From Paraspadella gotoi (lineage: Eukaryota > Animalia > Chaetognatha), in contig CM119263.1 in assembly GCA_051294375.1 (NCBI GenBank), positions 25,758,436 through 25,822,435 of the forward strand: a DNA stretch of 64,000 nucleotides, given 5' to 3'. Of the stretch, positions 53,383-64,000 are shown piece after piece. The notes beneath the pieces are model-generated. The model was not told the DNA's origin, ran no database searches, and saw only the letters and a list, made by a program, of their open reading frames with translations. The translations under genes were made by a program, and so were the position numbers. Numbering within the stretch: position 1 is the stretch's first letter; each line of letters begins with the position of its first letter.

Positions 53383-56300
53383 ATGGCGATCATGCGCGTC
53401 TACGAGTGGGCCTTATATTTTCTCAAGATCAAGGGCTACATCATGCTCGTCTGGAAGGTCTTCACTATGATCTTGTTCCCGGGTAAAAATAAAAATACTA
53501 AGTCCCGTTCAGCAATTTAAGGACCAGCCAACCATTAGAATATCGTTTACAAGTCAGTTTCGGGTTAAGAGTAGCTTTGTAAAGATGTGATCCAAAAAGA
53601 CGCTTTAATCTAATTTGCATTTTGCAGTATTAGAAGAAAATAACCGTAGAAGCTAATTTCCAATTTAATTAGTAAAATAATTCGAAATTTAAAAGAAAAG
53701 TGGAATTTATAAAATATATTTTTGACATAAAAAGGAAAACGTAATCATCAAATAGTAGATGAATAATTTTTAAAGAATAGTTTGAATTATATAAATTACC
53801 GTTTGACTTATTTTTAATTTTTTGTGTAAATAAGGAAAATTTTATGGAAATTTTGTAACTCCTGATCGCATTTTTTACTATTAACTTTGGGAGGTTCGCA
53901 TCGTAAAAGATGATGAGAACCCAAGAAATTTTGTTTTCTCTTACAGCCGTCCTCCTCGCCCGGCCACGCCTCATCGGGCGCCTTATTTGCATGAACTACG
54001 CCAAAACTCCTCGAGCATCGCCCTCGGACCCAGAAGGCGCCGGCCTGGACAACGTGCAGCGCTTCGAAGTACCGGTACCGACGGACGACGAGAGCCTGAT
54101 GGACGGTCCCCAAGGCGGTCAGGCGTCCGAGCGGGACGGCAATTCGGACCTGGTCAACCTTAACGCTGTCGGAGGCGGGCGCCTGGCCGCCTGGCACGTG
54201 GCGCCGATTATGAGTGAGAGAAATTTAATTTAAATATATTTTCCTTATTTTGTCCGAGAATATTTTTCAAATAAACACACGTCTCGTGTCTTTATGTAAA
54301 CAATAAATGAAAAACTAATAGAGTTCTTCTTCTTAGTATTTCCCCCTCTCGACTTTCTCACAAGATTTACGAATGATTCGTTTCTATTTTTAGAATCCAA
54401 TTTTCTTTGCAGTCTGTTTTTTTTGGTTTGTTTTTTGTTTTGAAATATAAATTAAAATTTATTCAAAATTCCGTTTCTCTTACAAAAAGGTTTGATATCG
54501 ATTGACATGCGCCAATGCTCAAATATGAATTTAGGTGCAGTTAATGGTAATTAGAAAATTAGTCCGAAATATTTATCAATAAATAAATTGGCTGCAGTGA
54601 ATTTTCAAATAAGAAAATCGTTTTATCTTTCAGGTGGACCAGCTGAGTCCGGGTGGCGCGACGGAAGACCTGTCATCATCTACTGTCACGGGAGTTTCGG
54701 GACGCGGGCCGAACCCTACAGGATCAGACTCTACAAAATACTCGCCAAAAAGGCAAGGGAGAAAGACTCTTCTTGGCGGCAGGGGTGGACGCAGTATTTG
54801 TTTAAATTAGAAATTAGAAATTAAACCAAAAAAGAAATAAAAAAATAGAAAATTAGAATAAGAAAATTAGAATTAGAGTTATTAAAATCCCAAAATTATA
54901 AAATATACATTGTATATACGTTTCCATTCGTAATTTTGGGCATTGTTTTCCAGTACCACGTGATCACCTTCGATTATAGAGGGTTCGGTGATTCTTCGGT
55001 CCCGAACTACGTCACCGAAGTCACGATGGTCAACGACGCGTACCACATGTATCATTTCGTCCGTAGCCAAGGAGGATCGGTGAGTTGGGTAAAAGAACAA
55101 AAGGGATATTCGTTAAGGCGGTGCGACATCTTTAGATGCAGATGTGTAAGCGTTAGTTCAAACAAAATAGCACTCGAATGAATTAAAAAGTGAAAAGATA
55201 CTCCTATTGAGTTATTTTTGCATTTTTGCATTTTTGGAATTTAATATATAATATTAATATATATATATAATATATAAAATAATATATTTAATAATGATAC
55301 GACATAATTAATTTTTTTTAATTTCAAACGAGGATGAACTTGTCCCGAATCGGTAAAAAATCTTTCTTGAAGACCACATTGTTGTTTTCTTTTTAGACGG
55401 TGTTTCTTTGGGGTCACGGTTTGGCCAGCGGCATCGTGGCGCACGTGGCGTCGAAAATGGCGGCGGAAGGAGACTCCTCGCTCACGGGTGAATATCGTAC
55501 GGGAGGGGCAACGTGAAAAATGTCACACCAAGTTTGCGAGAGTGAGTTGAGAAAGAACTTGATGCCGGGTGTGCCAAAAAAATGTTTTCATTCTCTCCGC
55601 GAACTCGAATAACGACTTATATATTTCCGCGATAGAGTCACGCAGCGGTCAACCAACCATAGTAGCTATTCAGTTTATTTCCCGCAGGAGTCATTCTCAG
55701 CGGAGCCTTTTTCAATTTATCCGACTTGACCAAAACGCACAAATGGTTCGTTTATGCAGGTGAATTTGTTATTTAGTTTCGATACTAAATTCTCATTAAT
55801 TTGCGCGGAAAAAAATGTGACTTGACTAAAAGCAAAAGTGTGAGAGTTTAATTAAAGTCGTGATTATCTCGACCAGTATCGATCTTTGCGACGTGACAAG
55901 ATTCGTCGACGTCATTCACAGTTTCACACTTAGTCAAACTGATAACTTTGACGTCAAGTCTTAACTTCTGAGTCAGTTTTTCTCTGCTTTGTCAATCACT
56001 GTTTTGTCAAACGCCAATCGCAAACGTTGTCACTGACCAACACTTTGCCATCAAACAACATTTTGTCATTTACCTTCGGTTTGTCGTTCATCTCCATTTT
56101 TCCCCCTTTTTTCCTATCTGCCAATCTGTCTTTCACATTTACTCAGTCATTAACCCGACTTTGTTATCATTCTTGAATTTGTCATCAATTCCCCCTTGTC
56201 ATCAAATCCTCGACAGACGCCTTTTTCTCAACCCCCCTCTTTGTCATCATCCCAAATTTTGTCAACTGCCCGCATCTTTATCACAGGTCTTCCCTTCTAC

Positions 56301-56627
56301 GAACCGCTGATCCTCAACTCCCTGAAGGAAGCGGGGTTCCACATGGAGAGCAGCCAACACGTCGTCGAGATGATCGCGCCTCTCGCCATCATCCACGCCG
56401 ACGACGACTCCGTGAGAAGGGGGGATGGAAAAGGGGGGGGGTAAGGGGGCGTGGCGCTGTCGAATTGGGGTCGAATTTACAAAAAAAGAGAATAGAGTCG
56501 CGAAGAGAGAAAAATCGATCGCTTTTTCTCACGAGCGGCGACGGGAGGCGCGAGCGTTCGCCAGCTCTTTCACTCTCTCTGTTTTTTTTTATCCGCGCGC
56601 TCAAATCGATAATCTCCATTAATTGTG

Positions 56628-56716
<89 letters not shown>

Positions 56717-57992
56717 CGTCCCTTTCGCCTCCGCTTTTCGTCTCTACGAGATGTCAAAGCATCGATCCAACGCCGGCCTTCGTCAGTTTTACGGTTTCCT
56801 CGGTAATTAAAGAGGTTTCGGGTTCGCGCCCGCTGCTCGCTGCTTTCCGCGCGTTGCGTCGTCTCGTCTTACCGCTTTTTTTCTTTTTCTTTTTATTTTC
56901 TTTCTTTTCTTTCTTTTTCCCATTCGCCTTCGGAACGCCTACCCACTGTTCCTTTTCTTTCTCTCAAACGCCTACCTTTTTTTGAAGTTCGTGAGAACCC
57001 GGTTCCTTTTACTTCTCTGCGTGCGTAATCTGTCTGTAGTATTTCGGGTTTTTAGTCGGATCTGCTTTTCAGTAGATTTCGACTCTATAATTCACTTTGT
57101 CGGTCCGTCGGTCCGACCCCTAAATTTGGTCGGTGAATCATTTTTATTACAATAGAACATCATATTATGTAAATTAAGCAAAAAAAAAACAATGTCCGAC
57201 ATTCCATCTGTCTGTGTCTGTCTGTCTGTCCGTCCCCCCTTAGCAAAAAACTCCAATTACTCGTGATTGGATGCATGGATTGGAATGAAATTTTGTGTGT
57301 GGTTAGGAAAGTGTGTGATTGAGCTGGATATAAAGTTTCGATGGAATCGTGCAAGTGGAAATGAGTTTAAATGGAAAAAACCAAAATCACTTTTATTTGA
57401 ATCTTTTTAATAATTTTAATCTATAATTAATAGATTTATTCATAATTGTTATAAAAATGATGCAAGTTGAAAAAATGAAGCAAGTTGAAAAAAAGATGCG
57501 AGTTAAAAAAATGATGCAAGTTAAAAAAATGATGCGTCACTCTGAAATGGTATCCTAACCGGAAGTAAAGTGACGAGAATGCGGGAAACTAATATATTGA
57601 CGGAAGGAAAATCTATACTGAGACAAAAATGAGGGTAAAAAAAAGGGAGAGAGAGTCTAGTAGAAGAAGAGAGAAAGGTGAACTGAATCTCGTGAACGCG
57701 GCCCCGAATCCCTGGGAGGAGGATGAAGAGGAGGTGAATGAGAAGGAGGGGGTAATAGACCCGCGTCTGTCTATCACCTTATATACTGGCAAGTATTTAT
57801 TTATTTATTTATTTATTTATTTTTTTATTTATTTATTTATTTATTTATTTAATTAATTACCGCTTAATTATCGTGGGCAGATCCGACATTGTTTGCTCAA
57901 ACTTGCTTATTTTTATTCTTCTTTTCTTTTTTTTTCTTTCTTTCTTTTCTTTTCTTTTCTTTTCTTTTCTTTTCTTTTCTTTCTTTCTTTCT

Positions 57993-58024
<32 letters not shown>

Positions 58025-58433
58025 GGTTTGTTTGTTTCTTTGTTTGTTTCTTTCTTTTTTTTTTTTCTTTTTTCTTCTTTCTTTCTTTCTTTCTTTCTTT
58101 CTTTTTTTTATTTATTTTTTTATTTTTCGTCTCCCCTTTCTTCTCTCTCTCTCTCTCCCGCGGGCGACCTGGCGACTTTGCCTCGTTTCGATCTCTATCT
58201 CCCGGATCCGATCACCGCCGGTGATCCACCCGTTCATCGTCGATCCTTTTTTTTGTTGTGAATCACCGATTTTGTGATCACCTCCTTTTGTGATTTACGG
58301 ATTCGTGAGTCGTTGATCGCCTCCTTTCGCGAATCTGTGAATGGATGGAGCGTGAAAAGGAATCCTCCCTCCCGATCGAAAAAAGGCGGAAAAAAAATAA
58401 AGAAAGAAAGAAAGAAAGAAAAAGAAAGAAAAA

Positions 58434-58465
<32 letters not shown>

Positions 58466-58473
58466 AAAAACGA

Positions 58474-58549
<76 letters not shown>

Positions 58550-59074
58550 AAAATATAACCCGCCCCACTGTTCGTTTATGCGAGGTTTTATTGGTCGGCG
58601 TTTGACGACGGCTTTATGCCAATTTTAAGGGATCGAGCGACAAAGACAAAGAACCTTTTTTTATGATCACTTTTTTTTTTTTAGATCATTAGATATTTTT
58701 TTCTTGCGGTGTCGCCTCGTCACCTTTGAAGTTAGCGAAACGGAATATAGCGCAATTCTTTTCAATAAAAACGCTAATATTTAACAATTGGGCTCATTTT
58801 CGCGCGATTCAAAATGTTTTAAAATTTATATTGTCTTTTTTACAATATTTATTATCTTCTTATCCGTCCTCTCTTAATTATTCAATCCTTAATCTGCTTA
58901 TCCCTTTCCTCAAATCGGTTGCCAGGGAAACGCGGCATGAACCACCACAACCTGGATGCGGCCGGGGGCGAATTGCTGATGGCCGTCGATCGTTTCGTCA
59001 TCAAGTCGGCGTCGAAACCCAAATCCGCCAATAGGCAGCCGGATAGGGCGTCTTTCGACATGCTCGGTCTGTGA
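53383..59074 (+). CDS. ABHD12: ABHD12-like alpha/beta-hydrolase-fold membrane protein, catalytic Ser replaced by Gly
   Basis: In-frame exons give an N-terminal TM, GRLAAWHV, PVIIYCHGSFGTRAEPYRIRLYKIL, YHVITFDYRGFGDS, VFLWGHGLASGI, GVILSGAFFNL, PLAIIHADDDSFVPF and GMNHHNL, with TGA at 59072-59074. The start codon is uncertain; an upstream exon may exist near 52950-53050. Confidence 0.8.
57054..57905 (+). mobile_element. DINE-1/HINE-like Helentron, copy D (ABHD12 intron)
   Basis: TTTTTAGTCGGATCTGCT-TTTC-AGTAGATTTCGACT 5' stem-loop, (GTCY)n at about 57210-57235, a core block nearly identical to copy B, an AAAAATGATGCAAGTTG minisatellite, and the 3' end GCAGATCCGAC-ATT-GTTTG-CT-CAAAC-TTG. Confidence 0.75.
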
Positions 59075-59937
59075 TTGGTCCAGACAGTCGGGGAGGTTTT
59101 TCTTTTGGGACGGAATCGGTTCATGATTGGTGCGAATCGATCGCTCGATTTGTGGTTCGATGTTTTGGCATAGATTGTCAGTCTTGCGGTAAAACATTGT
59201 GTAATATTTGTGTAATATTTGCTATGACCGTTTGCGATAAACGTCGATCAATAGTAAATAATCCATACAGAAATAGTATATTCATCATAAATGTAATATC
59301 ATAATTCTTTGAAAAGAATTTTCTAAAGTTTAACTTGAGAATTAAGAAAATTAAGATTGTCAAACCTGACTGCGCTTGCACAATGCACAGGCAAGAAGAA
59401 CATTCGATTTTAATTTACTTTGTTTATATATATTTTTTTCAAATTGTTAACCCTTTTATTATTACCATTACGTCTTCGTAACACTCACCGGGTCGCAGAC
59501 CCCTTCTGAGACCCCAAAACCCCGCCTCTCGATGGAAATTATTTTCTCTTGACGACCATCCGTCCATCCGTTCATCCGTCCATCCGTCCATCCGACGAGA
59601 CCGCTCTTTTCTTTTCTCGGTCGGAAGTCCAGACTCTCTCGGTTTGAGACCGGAAATACGAGCATCTTTGATGCCGAAATCCAGAAGTTAATCACTTCCG
59701 CGTTTTTCTATCATTGTTCGAGGGTTTTCTGACTGACTGCAGAGAGAAAATAGTTTGGGTTGGAAGAAAAGACGATTGCGAACAAGTTAAGATTTTAAAA
59801 CGAAATTCTAGGTCTTTTTTATGACCGGAACCAACTATTTTATGAGAGAATCGATTTATCATTTGTCAATTAAAATAAATAAATAAATCAATCAATCAAG
59901 AAATCAATCAGGAAATCAATCAATCAATAAATCAATA

Positions 59938-59977
<40 letters not shown>

Positions 59978-59984
59978 CTTTCAG

Positions 59985-60466
59985 ATGAGTACATCGAGAC
60001 CGGCCTCAAAAAGGAAGAAAAGGACAGCATCGTTTTCCTTCAGACGAAAACTTCAGTCCAGCAGAGATTTCCCGGAGTTTACATCCGGACATCCGAGGTT
60101 ATTTTTTTTCCGGGGGGGGGGCACTATAAGAGCTTAGTAGGGTGGATGACGGAAAATATCGCAGGGCCTCACTATCAAGCCAGAACGACTAGACTATAAG
60201 AGCCTCATCTTTTAATGGCTGAGCCGGAAATGCCCACCCTTGCCGTAGCATTTGTTTATAATCGTTATAGTAATTTAAAAAAAATAAAATAACGTATTTA
60301 GGAATCGCTGCCTGAATCTTCAAATTTCACGGCGGCGGAAAAGCGTGAACGAATGGCGCAACAACAACAACAACAACAACAGCAACAACGACAGGGCGTC
60401 TTCCCGAGGCCCAACCAGAGCTCAAACGTAAATAGAGTCTTGCGTTCAGCGACCAATCGGCGCTGA
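59985..60466 (+). CDS. Two orphan 3' exons encoding a polyQ-containing peptide (parent gene unassigned)
   Basis: TTTCAG acceptor, exon 59985-60097 (EYIETGLKKEEKDSIVFLQ...), GT donor, TTTAG acceptor, exon 60302-60466 in frame (ESLPE...MAQQQQQQQQQQRQG...TGA), and AATAAA at 60485-60490. Confidence 0.45.
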
Positions 60467-60998
60467 AAGACGTTAATTGTCATTAATAAAGAATTGCGAA
60501 GGCTGTGATATTAATTTGTCTTTCCTAACGGATTCGAAGGCTGTGATATTAATGCTCTTTCATAACGGATGCTTGTGTGTGTAATCATTGATGGAAATAA
60601 AACAAATAGGAGTTTTTTGGATAAGGAATCTTAAGATTTAGAAAAAGATTGCCACGTGAGGCGTGCGCTAACGAAAACGACTAGTAGCTAATTTTAGACA
60701 CCGAATTGTTAAAACTTAAAAACGTTTTATAGAAAGATTTAAATTTTTAAAGGATCCAACGAGTCTTTTCTAAAAACGAAATAAAAAAAATTTAAATCAT
60801 AAATTTTTTTTCGGAAACCTAATTAAATTTAAAAATTAGTCAGGTTTGGGCCGAATTTGTGAAAATTGCTTGATTCATGTAAAATTTGCTCTGAATTCGG
60901 GGAGCGAATGAGACTTACTAATTTGCCTCATGTAGACAAATATTAGGTAATGTTATGTAGACCCCCCTAAGCATTTAGAGACCGCCGAACGTGTGATA

Positions 60999-61060
<62 letters not shown>

Positions 61061-61075
61061 TCGCCAAGGGAGTCG

Positions 61076-61126
<51 letters not shown>

Positions 61127-61514
61127 GTCTCTGTCCCCCTATTCCCACCCGCAGTCTTTATCGGATTGAGACTAGAAATTCCATTTCTCCTGATTTGATT
61201 AACGTGATTGCGGTTGGAAGAGAGAGAAAAAAAAGGGAGCAAGGATTTTGTGAGAAAATGCTGATAAATTTAACGAGAAAAAAAAAACACGAATGCGGAG
61301 ATACTATTTAATGTTTATTAAATTATTTACAGTTACTATCTACCGACCGACCAGTTATCGAGCAAATTTCTACAATTTTTTTTTTAATTTAAAAATGAAT
61401 TTAATCGTTATTATCCATTTTTAACCAAAACCGGTCCAAATTTGCACAGCCACAAACACAGTTTCTGAGAAAAATACTGTGCCATCGGTAATTAGTGCCT
61501 AACAAGAAAAAAAT

Positions 61515-61583
<69 letters not shown>

Positions 61584-62081
61584 ATGACATTTAACCGACA
61601 TTTTTAAAATGTCTTATCGAGATGCGTCTTCGCATCTGAAAACCCCGAGTTTCGCGGCGACTGTTGAGGTTGAAGGGGGGTGTTGAAGGGGGTTGAGGGG
61701 GGTGTTGAGGGGGGTCGACAACGGCGGAGGCCTCGCGGCGATTTTAGGAGAGATGGGGGCTGGAAGAGATTATTAGGTGGCGGGGAGGGTCCCGCGTTCG
61801 AAACCCGAGTAAAACGGTAGACAGAGAAGGGAATTGACGATTAGTATCGGAGTTGTTGTTGTTGTAGTTGCAAGGGCGAGCAATGCTAAGTAAAAAAATA
61901 TTATCAAGAAGATAAAAGACAAATTTAACATAAAAAAATAATGATTAATGGCAAATATTTTTTCTGGAAGCAGCGAATGGTAAAACATGACCAATGACAA
62001 CAACGACGACTACTAAGGAAAAACCGAAAGGAAGTTGAACGAAAAAAAATTGAAAAGCGTAGGTGGGTGGAAACTGGAGAT

Positions 62082-62129
<48 letters not shown>

Positions 62130-64000
62130 AAGAGAGAAAGATATTGCATCAGCCTGAATCTCGTTTTTTTTTAATTCCAAAATGGAGCCTTGATGATTCG
62201 GCGTATTGCACCGTCGAAGTGAAAGAAATTAAATTTAAGAAGGCGTCGTGTAGGACTGTCGAAATTTCTGGAAAGATCTCTGTCCCTCTCTCTTTCTTTC
62301 TCGGTTTTTCTCTCTCTCTCTCTTTGCCTCTCTTTTTCTATACCTCGCTCAGTCTCCATTTCTTTTCGAACATTCTAGAAGGTTCTGTCTTTTTCTCTCT
62401 TCCACTGACGCTCTCTCTCCCTCTCTCCCTCTCTCTCCCTTTAATTTTTTTTCCTCTCTGTCTCTCTCTCTACAACGATCTCAAGTTGCATCCACGGTCG
62501 CTCTCTTGTTGCGTCATGGCGAAAGTGTGCCGACAATCGACGTTTGATGAGAAAGGGATCGAAGTCAACGAGAGAGACAGATATAGGGTTAATCGGCTCC
62601 GTAAAAAGTCGACAGATTCGGAGGCTTGAAACAAAGCCACCCATCAAACCATCTGTTCTAGAAGATTCTACAAGGTTCTTTATTCCTTCTCCGAGGCATC
62701 CCCTCCTCCTCCTTTGGTTTACCCGAGCCCTAGTTTTCAAGGGAAGGAACGATTTTTAGTTTTGCGTCACATTTTCGTTTAAGTTTTCTCGTTACGCCTC
62801 TCGACCATAATTTCTGAATTATGCGCCGAGCAGAGCCAGCTGGCTCATTAGAATTCGGCTCTCTCATTGGCAGTCGTCGGCTTTCTTGGTAGTGCAGAAT
62901 CGGGCTTCTCATTGGCCGCACATTTTCTTGGTTAGAACCCGAGGCAAACGTCCATTGGCCAACGATTTCTCTATCATAATTCACGGCCTCCCTATTGGCT
63001 GATCGAATTTCAAACATATTTTATGAAGTGAGAAGGGAGGAGGAGATTGTTCATGGTAATCCTTGCGGAGAAGGAAGAGGAGAAAAGCCGGCGAAGAAAG
63101 GAATTGCAGCTGATAAGAGATGAGAAAGAAAGAGCCGAGGCATACAATGAGAAAAGAAAGAAGAATTAAAAAAAATACATCCTCTCTCTCGAGAAGAGAG
63201 GATTCGCCGACTCTTGTCTTCCATTCCCTTTGTTTCGCGTTGCGCGAGAGTTGCACAGAATTATTTTTTCTCTCCCCCTCTCTCTCTTTTTTAAAAATCC
63301 CTCTCTCTCTCTTTCTCCCTCTCTGTCTTCGCGAAATTTCGGGGAAAATTAGAAGCGAATCAACCGGTTTTCTCTTTTTCGCATTGAGTCAGTCTGACGA
63401 AATCGGAAAACCACCCAGACTTCGATATCAATTTTTTTTTTTTGCTTAGTCATCATTAGACTTGTCCCGACGAGTACCTCGTCCGATCCGAAGAGGGGGG
63501 CGGGGAAGAAAAAGACCGCAAAAATTCTCTCTCTCTACCTCGTCCTACCCGGCCTCTCATTCTCTGACATACGCCGGCTCCCGGACGGACACGTAGAGCC
63601 TCTTCCATGAAGAGGTGACGAAATTCCACCCAGCGCTTTCTTCATTCTAGTCGCGATTCCAACGCCAAAGCTTTTTCACGCCAGAGAATCTACTTTCATC
63701 GATCCTCACGATTTTCACAATCACGAAATCTAATAAAAAACTATAAATCTTCACCGCCAGTCATTAAAGAAGAAACGGAACGAACCAGTCTCATCTCACC
63801 AACCAATCAGGCATTAATTATTTAGTAGGACTAACGTTCGCAAAAGTGATAATACATTTTTTCCTAATCGCATTGACCATCGCATCGAAGAACAATATCC
63901 TCTCTTCGAAAAACTTTCAAACAATCCGTGACATTTTCGTCAGTTCATCCTATTTCTTTCACCATAGTTCACCGTAGCTCAAATTAGTTCAATCGACCTA

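Noticed and set aside
62440-63700. Gene in the last 1.5 kb (ORFs 62730-63017 and 62516-62629)
   Set aside because: No recognisable motifs and no consistent exon chain on either strand. It may be a UTR or promoter of a gene outside the window.

Overview
Eukaryotic, metazoan-type DNA: AT-rich, with short GT-AG introns and dense microsatellites. No prokaryotic operons or CRISPR arrays. Most entries in the ORF track are exon fragments or microsatellite artefacts, so I spliced the genes by hand. Seven multi-exon genes emerge: a large orphan gene (-, 170-12066); a 2xLDLa single-pass PY-motif receptor (+, 15485-17821); an LRRC74A-like LRR/EF-hand gene (-, 18600-33565); an SLC16/MCT transporter nested antisense in that gene's third intron (+, from 28042); a type II membrane C-type-lectin/SRCR protein (-, 34707-37254); an NKAIN-like gene with a very long disordered tail (-, 38045-50453); and an ABHD12-like hydrolase lacking the catalytic serine (+, 53383-59074). 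Repeats include four copies of a DINE-1/HINE-like non-autonomous Helentron, a Tc1/mariner-type MITE and tRNA-headed SINE-like elements. One Helentron copy carries a Penelope-like inverted-repeat insertion with a minimal hammerhead ribozyme. The best leads are that hammerhead-in-Helentron composite, an SRCR domain inserted inside a C-type lectin domain, the ABHD12 pseudoenzyme, an in-frame TAA in the MCT gene followed by a spliced 117-codon extension, and a structured intronic RNA island at 48757-48970. Family assignments are from recalled motifs, not database searches, and exon boundaries are manual.
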